From IMG/VR virus record IMGVR_UViG_3300036861_000320, positions 1 to 43,933 of that record: a stretch of 43,933 bases of DNA, one strand, 5' to 3'. This DNA comes from a virus (Duplodnaviria; Caudoviricetes). Both the position numbers and the translations under genes were made by a program. Under the pieces are notes generated by a model. That model did no database searches, was not told where the DNA came from, and saw only the letters and a list, made by a program, of their open reading frames with translations. Positions 23,864 to 32,025 of this stretch are shown here, one piece after another; position 1 is the stretch's first letter; every line of letters starts with the position of its first letter.

Positions 23864-25682
23864 GGATCAGAAGGCTTGTGAGGGTTGTCCTTTGCGGGGC
23901 AGTGGCGAGCAAGCCTTTGTCCCCGACCAACTGAAGGAAGGCGCTCTGCTTCACCTGGTGGCTCAGACCCCCGACGAGCTGAAGCAGTCCTTCCCTAAGG
24001 TTGAGAAGCAGTATCTGCCCCTAGCCGGGGTCCGGGCCGACCAGGTCAGTTTAAGCTGTGCCGTGCGCTGCACAGCCGACCTACCCGCGCCCGTCACCCC
24101 GGCGCAGTTTGACGCCGGAAAGAGAGGAGTGCTGGAGAATGCTATTGGGTTTTGTGATCGGGCTCATAGTCGGGTTCGTGGTGGGGGGAGTCTGGGCTTG
24201 CTACAGAATTGCAAGCTTGTGATTACCCAAGGCGACCTGGCGCTCTACGCAGCTACGGGCCAGCTCCGAAGCGCCCATGAGTGGAGAGGGTACATAGTGC
24301 CCTATAAACCCCTCTCGGACTCTTGGATGAATAGTGTTTGGATGCCTGGCCAGAAGGATTTGCCGGTGTTGGTAACGTTGAGGTTAGCCGATCTGTTCGG
24401 TTTGCCTCAGCTTGCCTACCCTACAATGGCAGACTGGCGTAAGGGCCGGTGGTTTTTAGAGGGCAAATGGCCAAAGAAGCCACCAGAAGTTATTACAACC
24501 CCGGATGCTCGGATGTTCACTTCCCCGGCAGCCTGGGATACAGAGTGGAACCCCGCAACAGGGCAATTCTTACGGTTTAGTGTAGCAACAGGAGAAGGTC
24601 GGGTTTATGCCGTGGAAATGTCAGACCACATTGTGCCTAGATTGCAGTATATCTATAAACAGAAAGGCCAAGCGCTGCCGACAGTGCGCCCAGAATCTTT
24701 GGAAAACCCCCAAACCAATTTGTCAGGACTGCGGGGTGTCGTTAAAGACGCACAGTCTGAAAGTGAAGCGATGCAAGGCCTGTTACGCCAAAAGTCGGTT
24801 AGGCCGGATGGCTCTTTGTCATTCAGAGCAGGAGAACTACTGCAACGGGATGTGCAAGAAGTGTTACGAGAGCACGCCAGAACGGAAAGCCCGAGTGTCA
24901 TTTCTTCGGCGGTTAAGACGATACAACCTTGCCGAGGAGCAACTTTTAGACATGGTGGCTCGGCAGGATGGCAGGTGTGCAGTCTGCCAGAATCCGTTTG
25001 GAGAGAGAACCGGGATGATCGGGAATGTCGATCATTGCCACGAAACGGGGATGGTTCGGGGTTTGTTGTGCCACCCCTGCAATGCAGCGTTGGGGCTTCT
25101 GGGGGACAGTTTGGAGACGATCAGAGCGCTTCTGAGGTACAAAGAACGGTCGTTATCGGGCAGAACATCATTGTCGATTTGCCCAACCTCAGCCGAGTGT
25201 TCTCAGTTGGAAGCGTCATAGAAGTACATGACGGAATGTTGGCTCACAGCGTGCTCTGGAGCGATCTGCCTCATTCACTCGATTTCTTGGCAAGCATTTA
25301 TAGCCCGATTAATAGGCACAAGCATCTCTACAATAGGTCGCCTATTCAGTACGCGGGAATGGACGCCTACGTACAACTAAAAGTGTGGGAGGCTTTAGCC
25401 CAGGAGTTGGAGAAAGACCCCCAGAGCAAAGCAATCTACGAGGAAGAGATGATCCCGCTTTGGCCAATCATTCTAGAGTCCCAAGAAGCAGGCCTCAAGT
25501 TGGATCAGGACCGGGTCCGGGAGGCCCTGGAGTGGCACCAGGCGCAGCAGGAGGCGGTGGTGAAAGAGGCTCAAGCCCTTTGCGGCTACCCCATACTGCT
25601 GTCGAGTCCGGAGCAGGTGAGCACATGGCTATACGAGGTCGAGAAACTAGGGGTGAAAAGGAGGGGTAAGCGTGGCGCTTGA
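23853..25682 (+). CDS. polA: Family A DNA polymerase, N-terminal subunit: degenerate family-4 UDG-like domain, 3'-5' exonuclease with ~175-aa insertion, thumb start
   Basis: CEGCPL...CAVRC; ExoI WDTEW, ExoII GQNIIVD, HDGMLAH, ExoIII YAGMDA; GLKLD and SSPEQVSTWLY. Confidence 0.8.
   Translation: MRVRDQKACEGCPLRGSGEQAFVPDQLKEGALLHLVAQTPDELKQSFPKVEKQYLPLAGVRADQVSLSCAVRCTADLPAPVTPAQFDAGKRGVLENAIGFCDRAHSRVRGGGSLGLLQNCKLVITQGDLALYAATGQLRSAHEWRGYIVPYKPLSDSWMNSVWMPGQKDLPVLVTLRLADLFGLPQLAYPTMADWRKGRWFLEGKWPKKPPEVITTPDARMFTSPAAWDTEWNPATGQFLRFSVATGEGRVYAVEMSDHIVPRLQYIYKQKGQALPTVRPESLENPQTNLSGLRGVVKDAQSESEAMQGLLRQKSVRPDGSLSFRAGELLQRDVQEVLREHARTESPSVISSAVKTIQPCRGATFRHGGSAGWQVCSLPESVWRENRDDRECRSLPRNGDGSGFVVPPLQCSVGASGGQFGDDQSASEVQRTVVIGQNIIVDLPNLSRVFSVGSVIEVHDGMLAHSVLWSDLPHSLDFLASIYSPINRHKHLYNRSPIQYAGMDAYVQLKVWEALAQELEKDPQSKAIYEEEMIPLWPIILESQEAGLKLDQDRVREALEWHQAQQEAVVKEAQALCGYPILLSSPEQVSTWLYEVEKLGVKRRGKRGA
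24607..25221 (+). CDS. Endonuclease VII-family homing-type endonuclease with zinc-finger repeats, nested in the +1 frame of the polymerase gene
   Basis: YNL...QDGRCAVC...VDHCHETGMVRGLLCHPCNAALGLLGD; multiple CxxC; AGGAGAAGG upstream. Confidence 0.92.
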   Translation: MPWKCQTTLCLDCSISINRKAKRCRQCAQNLWKTPKPICQDCGVSLKTHSLKVKRCKACYAKSRLGRMALCHSEQENYCNGMCKKCYESTPERKARVSFLRRLRRYNLAEEQLLDMVARQDGRCAVCQNPFGERTGMIGNVDHCHETGMVRGLLCHPCNAALGLLGDSLETIRALLRYKERSLSGRTSLSICPTSAECSQLEAS

Positions 25683-25845
25683 GCGGTGCCCTGGGTGCAT
25701 GGAATGGAAAGAGTTGGGTGAATCATGTTGGTGTGAGGATTTCACGTATGCCGTCAATAGGAGAAGAAACGCTACTTCGGCTGCGTCACGAGGGTTGGGA
25801 GAGCGATCTCTTAGACCTGCGGCTTCGGTGGAAAGAGTTCGATAA
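25672..25845 (+). CDS. Small Cys-rich ORF between the two polymerase halves (57 aa)
   Basis: AAGGAGG RBS then GTG; MALERCPGCMEWKELGESCWCEDF. Confidence 0.45.
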   Translation: MALERCPGCMEWKELGESCWCEDFTYAVNRRRNATSAASRGLGERSLRPAASVERVR

Positions 25846-26860
25846 TGCCCGGAAGGTTCTGGCTCCCTTGGTTGGCCTGGAGCGGGTTTACCCTCGCTAT
25901 TTGCCAACGCAGAAATCAGGCCGCTGGTCCACGACCAAGCCCAACCTTCCGGGGTTCTCTGAGAACTGTATCAATCCTCAATGCGAGCGGGAGGATGAGC
26001 ACCGGGCCAGTAAGGGCTGCTGGAGTCTGAGGGATGTGGTTGTGCCCGATCCTGGCACGTACTTTATCAAGTGGGACTGGAGCGCGATAGAGGCCAAGCT
26101 AGCAGCGGCGTACAGTGGAGACGATGAGGACTTAGACCTGTTCGCCCGAGGTGCGGACATCCACACAGTGACGTATTGCAAGATGTACAGGTATCCGCTT
26201 CCCCCGAACCTCATGAACCCGCACACCAGTTCGGAGTGCGAAGCGTGGCGGGCTCAAGTGAACTGGCAGGGCAAGAACGGCTGGCAGCGAAGCGGGGCAA
26301 AGATCAGCAGATACAACCTGGCCTACGGGGTCGATGAGCGGTCTATCCATGCGTCCCCGGCTGCTGCGCAGTTGGCCCGTGAAGCCGGGATGGACAAGAA
26401 GCAACTGGAGGCCGTGGCCAAGGCGTACCTAGACAGTAAGCCGAAGTTGAAGGCCTGGAAGCGGAAGGTGTGGGGCCAGATTATGGCGACCCATGAAGTC
26501 CGGACACCCCTGGGGAGGAGGAAACGGTTATTTGTGACGACCGAGGAGTATACGAACTACAAGCGGACGGGCAGAGCTGGCAGCGCCTGCAAAGAAGGGT
26601 TGAACCATCTGGCTCAAGGGCAAGTGGCCGGGATGATGAATCGAACGATCATCGCCATCAAGCAGCGCTGGCCCTGTTCCAGGCTGGCCTTCCAAGCGCA
26701 CGACGGGCACTTGTCCGTCTGGCCCGAGTCCGTGAATCCCTGGCCCGAGATCAGAGAAGTAGTCGAGCGTGAATGGGACTGCGGGAATGGCCGGTCGATT
26801 AAGTCCACCGCTGACTGGGAACGGATCAACAGCGATGGAACGCATGAGGACCTACGCTAA
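25748..26860 (+). CDS. polA: Family A DNA polymerase, C-terminal polymerase subunit (alternative start TTG 25679)
   Basis: SGRWSTTKPNL, motif A WDWSAIEAKL, DIH, motif B RSGAKISRYNLAYG, TPLGRR, NHLAQG, motif C QAHDG. Confidence 0.9.
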   Translation: MPSIGEETLLRLRHEGWESDLLDLRLRWKEFDNARKVLAPLVGLERVYPRYLPTQKSGRWSTTKPNLPGFSENCINPQCEREDEHRASKGCWSLRDVVVPDPGTYFIKWDWSAIEAKLAAAYSGDDEDLDLFARGADIHTVTYCKMYRYPLPPNLMNPHTSSECEAWRAQVNWQGKNGWQRSGAKISRYNLAYGVDERSIHASPAAAQLAREAGMDKKQLEAVAKAYLDSKPKLKAWKRKVWGQIMATHEVRTPLGRRKRLFVTTEEYTNYKRTGRAGSACKEGLNHLAQGQVAGMMNRTIIAIKQRWPCSRLAFQAHDGHLSVWPESVNPWPEIREVVEREWDCGNGRSIKSTADWERINSDGTHEDLR

Positions 26861-27045
26861 TGGATGAGACTTGCGGCAACTGTAATGAAGGCTGGGTGTG
26901 CGAGCGCCACCCGTACCTTCCCTGGGAGCACGGGGACTGCGGAGGAGCGGGGGAGCCCTGCGACTGCAACCCTGGGGGGCAGGTCTGTTTTGAGCGCATC
27001 TATGCAACCACAGAGGAGCTGAGGCGATGCAAGTGCGGTTTGTGA
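26860..27045 (+). CDS. Small Cys-rich protein
   Basis: CGNCNEGWVCERHP...CGGAGEPCDCNP; TAATG coupling. Confidence 0.65.
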   Translation: MDETCGNCNEGWVCERHPYLPWEHGDCGGAGEPCDCNPGGQVCFERIYATTEELRRCKCGL

Positions 27046-27212
27046 CAGCTCAGGAGTTGCGCCTGATCCAGCAAGATCGGCGTTTTGTGTGGTGGGCCTG
27101 GTACGTGCTCGTAGGCGACAAGGCTCCGGGTGAGGTTGGGTGCCTCAACGGGGTACGGTATGCAATCAAGGAGACGAGGGGGTTGAATGGCAGAACTCAG
27201 CAAGACGGCTAG
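27027..27212 (+). CDS. Hypothetical protein
   Basis: GAGG RBS; operon packing. Confidence 0.5.
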   Translation: MQVRFVTAQELRLIQQDRRFVWWAWYVLVGDKAPGEVGCLNGVRYAIKETRGLNGRTQQDG

Positions 27213-27402
27213 AGCATCGATGAACGCAGGCGAGGGATCGAGGAAGCGGACCCCGATAGCGTTTGTGTTCGAACATCGGGTAGGGAAGATGCAGACCAAA
27301 CCCTGGCGAACATTCTATGTAGCGGACGAGGCGGAAGCCTACGCCGAGCAGGACCCTGAACGCTTTTACGTCATCAAATGGCTAGAAACCCGCAGGAAGT
27401 AA
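27187..27402 (+). CDS. Hypothetical protein
   Basis: GAGGGG RBS; operon packing. Confidence 0.5.
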   Translation: MAELSKTARASMNAGEGSRKRTPIAFVFEHRVGKMQTKPWRTFYVADEAEAYAEQDPERFYVIKWLETRRK

Positions 27403-27633
27403 ATGGGGAGGTTTCACATTGACACACCCACGGCCCACTATGAGGTAGACACGCATGAAGCCGCTTGGGTGCTGATCCAATCGCTATGGAAGGAAGGGTA
27501 CGGGGAGCCAGTCGAGTGTAACGACACCCGCTACACCAAGAAGGCCGAATGGGACGCAGCAGTTAAAAAGGCGCAGAACAAACAGCTGGAGGCGGCACGA
27601 GTCGCCAAGAAAGGAACGAAACGTGGACATTAG
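27403..27633 (+). CDS. Hypothetical protein
   Basis: ATG directly after upstream stop. Confidence 0.55.
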   Translation: MGRFHIDTPTAHYEVDTHEAAWVLIQSLWKEGYGEPVECNDTRYTKKAEWDAAVKKAQNKQLEAARVAKKGTKRGH

Positions 27634-28090
27634 GTTAGAGTTCGCCGAATGTGACGATCTGGAAGTCTTCCAGGCTGACGAGGGCGAGAGCGGCTACGAG
27701 ATAAGCTCTGTCCAATTTTACACGCACCGGAATGCAGACGGTCGTCGGGTAAAAACCATCACGATTACTGTAGCCCAGGAGCAAATCGAGGAAGCGGCAG
27801 TGGATGAGACCGCGGACTTGTCCGACGACAGCTACGAACTCGGCTACTCGGACGGGCATGAAGACGGCCTGAATGCTGGGCAGAATGTGGAATCCGTGGT
27901 CAATAGCTCCTACGAGCACGGCTACGCGGAAGGTTTACAAGACGGGAGTAAACATGGGCAAGACGTCAAAGCCCCTGACCATTGTAGTACATCCGGTCCT
28001 ACAAGCCTATACGGAGCTGGTGCGGCAATTGGAGTCACTCCGGAGCCAGGGACATCGAGTAGTCTTTTTGACCGATGGAATCGACGGTGA
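27623..28090 (+). CDS. Acidic protein with GxxxG repeats
   Basis: YELGYSDGHEDG and YEHGYAEGLQDG; AAGGA RBS. Confidence 0.6.
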   Translation: MDIRLEFAECDDLEVFQADEGESGYEISSVQFYTHRNADGRRVKTITITVAQEQIEEAAVDETADLSDDSYELGYSDGHEDGLNAGQNVESVVNSSYEHGYAEGLQDGSKHGQDVKAPDHCSTSGPTSLYGAGAAIGVTPEPGTSSSLFDRWNRR

Positions 28091-28277
28091 GTACGTAGCG
28101 AACGCAGATTTGGTCCTTGGCCCGAATTGTTGGCGCATGTTCGGGCCGTTGACCAAGTACCTGGATGCGTCAATCAAGGCGGCCCGTCTGGACGTGTACG
28201 GGCCTCCCAAGAAAGGGGTACCCAATAGAAACCAGGCCGCACAAACCGACGATCTACCAGATTCGACGGCAGTGTGA
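27954..28277 (+). CDS. Hypothetical alpha/beta protein overlapping the previous gene
   Basis: GGGAG RBS before MGKTSKPLTIVVHP. Confidence 0.5.
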   Translation: MGKTSKPLTIVVHPVLQAYTELVRQLESLRSQGHRVVFLTDGIDGEYVANADLVLGPNCWRMFGPLTKYLDASIKAARLDVYGPPKKGVPNRNQAAQTDDLPDSTAV

Positions 28278-28301
28278 ACACGGGATAAAGGGCGAGCCCC
28301 G

Positions 28302-29237
28302 GTGCACAGCCGAGGCTACCCATGGAGTCTACTACGGGCACTACTGCATGCCACACGCTTACGTGGTGGCCAAGAAACGGAGCGAGCCATCGAACTGATA
28401 CAGCTTACAACGCACGTCTCAGAAAGTCAAGAAGTTTATATCGCCCCCCTCGGGGACATTCAGTTCACCGGGCGTCCCGAGGACATCGCCGGGAACCACT
28501 TGAAGCGCCACATTGCGTACTGTCAGTCTCGGAATGCCTATTATATAGGTACCGGAGACTACGTGGATCTGATGTCACCTTCGAATCGAGCCCGGCTCAA
28601 GTCGGCGGGCCTTTACGACAATACGCAGCGGACCATTGAGGACAAGGCAAAGGAACTGACGAATGCGCTGTATACATCTTTCCTGGCGGGAACGACTGGC
28701 CAGTGGTTGGGTTTGGTGCACGGCCACCATTGGACCGATTGCGGGGACGGACAAACGACAGACCAACGCTTGGCTGACCTTCTGGGAACACACTATCTGG
28801 GAACGTGCGCATATGTCCAGCTCATGTTTCACGGCCCCGGAGCCCGACTTGGACACCTCAACCTGTGGGTCCACCACGGGACAGGAAGCGGGCGAGCCGG
28901 CGCAGCCTTGAACAAGTTGGAGGTCCTGAGCGCCAACTGGGAGGCCGATGCGTTCATAATGGGCCACACAACGAAGCTCTCAGTGGCCCCGATATCCAGG
29001 ATTTACCCCGAATTCAAGTCGGGTGTTGGCACGCTGCGCCACAAGCACATCTACCTGGTGAACGCCGGGGGGTGGGCCAAGGGCTACGGCGCAGGCAGCC
29101 AGCGGGAAGGCAGGCCGGGTGGTGACTACGTCGAGCAAGGGTTAATGGCACCGGCTGCATTAGGCGGCTCGTTGCTCAAAATAACAGCCCATTGGAAAGG
29201 CAGAACGTGGGCTCCAGAAATGAGAGTGGAGATCTGA
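28302..29237 (+). CDS. Calcineurin-like metallophosphoesterase (start uncertain)
   Basis: PLGDIQ, GDYVD, HGHH, HHG, MGHT motifs in the expected order. Confidence 0.8.
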   Translation: MHSRGYPWSLLRALLHATRLRGGQETERAIELIQLTTHVSESQEVYIAPLGDIQFTGRPEDIAGNHLKRHIAYCQSRNAYYIGTGDYVDLMSPSNRARLKSAGLYDNTQRTIEDKAKELTNALYTSFLAGTTGQWLGLVHGHHWTDCGDGQTTDQRLADLLGTHYLGTCAYVQLMFHGPGARLGHLNLWVHHGTGSGRAGAALNKLEVLSANWEADAFIMGHTTKLSVAPISRIYPEFKSGVGTLRHKHIYLVNAGGWAKGYGAGSQREGRPGGDYVEQGLMAPAALGGSLLKITAHWKGRTWAPEMRVEI

Positions 29238-29399
29238 ATGAAACAATATACCGTTACCAGAACGATAAAAGAAGTGTTTGCTGTTGTCGCTGCTTCCGAA
29301 GAAGAGGCCAAGAACTTGTGTTGGGGTACGAACGACACAAAGCACATACAAATCATGCGTGTGTCAACGACTACGGACACCGAATGTAAGGGGGTCTGA
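29238..29399 (+). CDS. Small hypothetical protein (53 aa)
   Basis: MKQYTVTRTIKEVFAVVAASEEEAK; similar pattern to 30211-30393. Confidence 0.6.
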   Translation: MKQYTVTRTIKEVFAVVAASEEEAKNLCWGTNDTKHIQIMRVSTTTDTECKGV

Positions 29400-29701
29400 T
29401 GCATCAGGCTTTGATAGCAGTTCTAGAAAAGGCGCAAGCCGCCGACCGGGCGTCCATGGATGTCCGAGCACGGAAAGCGCTGCGCTACTCGAATGTGAAG
29501 GAAAAGACGCCGGTAACGGTAGCAGTCGATGTCCGAGCGCTGGCAGCTCCAGGCCGCGCCGACTCGGACCCTGGATTCAACCAAATCCGCCTGACCCTGT
29601 ACCTAGAGGACGCCCTGAAATTGGCTCTGGCCTTGATCGATAAATTAGACGAGGCCGGCACCGCAGCAGTCTACGCCCATCTCAAAAGGAGCGAGTGGTA
29701 A
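29399..29701 (+). CDS. Hypothetical protein
   Basis: TGATG coupling. Confidence 0.55.
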   Translation: MHQALIAVLEKAQAADRASMDVRARKALRYSNVKEKTPVTVAVDVRALAAPGRADSDPGFNQIRLTLYLEDALKLALALIDKLDEAGTAAVYAHLKRSEW

Positions 29702-30214
29702 ATGAGAAAAGAAGCCGAGATGACCAAGCACAACTTTGTTGACCTGGCGGACCAGCCCGCTGCTCCCCAGGTCCTCCTGGTAACGGTTAACCACACCTAC
29801 AACGGGGCAACAACGAGTCACCAGGCGGCCTTCCGCGTGGATGAGGTCACCCAGGACCCTGATACTCTGGACACGATTGGCGTCCGAGCGGGCAAAACGG
29901 TCGTGGCTTTCTCCCAGGATTTCCCGTGGATGCTTGTGGATAGCGTTTACTTGGAAACCTACACGGTCGCCGAGGCCCGCGAGGCTGTCCGCCAGGACAT
30001 CGTAGACCGGGTGCACGTGGCCAAGGACCAGCAGCGGATTTACGAGGCTGCCCAGGGGGGACAATCCTTACCCGACCTGTACACGCACGAGACCTTGCAG
30101 CCAGAGTCGGGGCCAGAGTCGCAGCCAGACTCAGATGAAAAGCGCGGCCCCAAGAAGCCATTTGACATCAATAAATGGTTTTCGGGCCAGTTCGGCGATG
30201 AGGAGACCAAATGA
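29702..30214 (+). CDS. Hypothetical protein
   Basis: 170 aa, AAGGAG upstream, operon packing. Confidence 0.6.
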   Translation: MRKEAEMTKHNFVDLADQPAAPQVLLVTVNHTYNGATTSHQAAFRVDEVTQDPDTLDTIGVRAGKTVVAFSQDFPWMLVDSVYLETYTVAEAREAVRQDIVDRVHVAKDQQRIYEAAQGGQSLPDLYTHETLQPESGPESQPDSDEKRGPKKPFDINKWFSGQFGDEETK

Positions 30215-30393
30215 ACCTGTACCGCGTCGTGACGACCACTGTGACCGAGTACGTTGTACGGGCCGAAACCGCCGGGCAAGCGGAGCTGCATATCCGCTGT
30301 GCGACTGATGCGGTGGACTCCATGACGATCTCGGAATCCGTGTCGGCCTGGTCCGAGCCGGTGCGGATCGTTGGAACGGAGTACGCAGGATGA
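30211..30393 (+). CDS. Small hypothetical protein
   Basis: ATGA overlaps at both ends; GAGGAG RBS. Confidence 0.6.
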   Translation: MNLYRVVTTTVTEYVVRAETAGQAELHIRCATDAVDSMTISESVSAWSEPVRIVGTEYAG

Positions 30394-30755
30394 GCGATTG
30401 GACCCTACGCCTCCCGTACCCACCAAGTGTGAACGGCTATTGGCGGGCCTTCCGAGGCCGCCAGATTCTCAGCAAGCGAGCCCGCGAGTACCGGGCCAGT
30501 GTGGCCGAAGTGGTAGCTCAGCAGTGGGGTGCAGGAAGCCTCGTCGACCCCTCTAGCCGGCTCAAGGTTGCCTTCCAGGTCTTCCCCCCTACCCGGAGAC
30601 GGATGGACCTGGATAACCTCCCGAAGGGGATGCTAGACGCCCTCACGCACGCCGGGGTGTGGGGGGATGACAGCCAGATTGACGACCTACAGGTCACCCG
30701 ACAGGACTGTCAGGGCAAACCTGGTCATGTCGTTTTCACCATGAGGGAGCTGTAA
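30390..30755 (+). CDS. rusA: RusA Holliday junction resolvase
   Basis: LPYPPSVNGYWR, PPTRRRMDLDNLPKGMLDAL, WGDDSQI. Confidence 0.92.
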   Translation: MSDWTLRLPYPPSVNGYWRAFRGRQILSKRAREYRASVAEVVAQQWGAGSLVDPSSRLKVAFQVFPPTRRRMDLDNLPKGMLDALTHAGVWGDDSQIDDLQVTRQDCQGKPGHVVFTMREL

Positions 30756-30913
30756 TGAATGCTGCTGAATGGACCGAAGAACTCCAAGGTTGGTACATCC
30801 CCGCCCATCCGATTTGGGAAGTGATCGAGGACCTGCGGAAGGCCGAGGAGCGAATGGCACCACGGACGCCCAACACCAACCCTGATCTAAGTCTCTGGGA
30901 CTAAGGAGTTGGA

Positions 30914-31123
30914 ATGCCATTCCGAGTAGTACTCAAGAACTGGTCAAGCGGAGATTGGTCTCAACTTTGGATTGTGGATTTGACCGGAGACCCCGTGCTG
31001 ATCCACGAGGGGCACTCTATACCCGATTTCGCTTGGAGCCAGGTTCTAACGTTTGTCGGCGTAGCATTTGAGGAACGTGAGATAAACGACCCCGATGGGT
31101 CAAAATGTGGAGAAACCTTATGA
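30914..31123 (+). CDS. Hypothetical protein
   Basis: AAGGAG RBS. Confidence 0.55.
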   Translation: MPFRVVLKNWSSGDWSQLWIVDLTGDPVLIHEGHSIPDFAWSQVLTFVGVAFEEREINDPDGSKCGETL

Positions 31124-31395
31124 TTGAAGTCGTTACCGGCATCGCTACCCTGACTCTGTTGATCGGCCTGGCCTTGGGCCTTGCCCTGGCTTCTGCACTG
31201 AGGAGAAATTAATGTACGAAAGCACCCTAGGTGATTTCATCAAGTGGCTCCAAACCCTGGAGCCCGAGACCGAAACTAGAATCACTATTTCCAACGTGGG
31301 TTTTGACACGGAACCGGAGCGGACCAGAGTTAAATCCCAACCATTGTATATCGAAATCTCCGGCCTTGCACTGGTCCTGGACTAAGGAGAAGTTG

Positions 31396-31518
31396 ATGGT
31401 TGACTGTTTGATCGGGCTCGGGTTTGCCCTCGGCTGCCTGGCGCTTCTGATCGTCCTGGCGGCCCCACCGGACCCCAGGGAGCGAGAGCGCTGGACTGAT
31501 CCACGGCACTGGTTGTAG
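31396..31518 (+). CDS. Small membrane peptide
   Basis: AAGGAG RBS before MVDCLIGLGFALGCLALLIVLAA. Confidence 0.5.
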   Translation: MVDCLIGLGFALGCLALLIVLAAPPDPRERERWTDPRHWL

Positions 31519-31520
31519 GC

Positions 31521-31576
31521 AAAAGAAAGCCCCGGTTCGCCTCTGCAAGAAGTTCGCATGCGTCCGGGGCTTTTCT
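31521..31576. terminator. Probable bidirectional terminator between the convergent operons
   Basis: AAAAGAAAGCCCCGG...CCGGGGCTTTTCT with A/T tracts on both sides (large loop). Confidence 0.55.
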
Positions 31577-31686
31577 GCGTCCGCCAGCAACGGTGTCAAA
31601 CCGTGCAGGGAGCTGTACTGTAATGAATCTGAGAGGGTTTACCGGAAAGACTTACCGTTGCACTACCCAGGAATTTTAACGGCCTT

Positions 31687-32025
31687 CTAGCTGTTACATT
31701 CATCTACTTTATGGCAATCCATGGGGACCGGTGGCGGCTGGACCACCCACAGTGGCCAGATCCAGAAAATTATCGCACCCATGGTGGCGCCGTACAACCC
31801 GGCCTTGGTCCCAGTGAAGAACGGAAGTTTGTTGCTGACAAAACCGGCGATTATTCCCGCCACGGTGCCCCAGACCTTGGCCCGAATCGCCATGTGTTCT
31901 AGAAGTGTGACCCGGCTCTCGTGGTCCTTAAGGCAAAGCCGCACCTCGGTTGCTATCTCTTTGAGGGCATCTAGCTTAGCGAGCACGGTGCCTTGAAACT
32001 CGCCACGCTCCAGCTCATCACTCAT
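31687..32025 (-). CDS. Holin-like membrane protein (coiled coil plus two hydrophobic segments)
   Basis: DHESRVTLLE coiled coil followed by two TM-like stretches; GAGGA RBS. Confidence 0.5.
   Translation of the reverse strand: MSDELERGEFQGTVLAKLDALKEIATEVRLCLKDHESRVTLLEHMAIRAKVWGTVAGIIAGFVSNKLPFFTGTKAGLYGATMGAIIFWIWPLWVVQPPPVPMDCHKVDECNS

Noticed and set aside
24615-25150. Intein or group I intron in the polymerase
   Set aside because: No intein splice-junction residues in the polymerase frame; the endonuclease ORF fills the whole insert, leaving no room for an intron core (not excluded experimentally)
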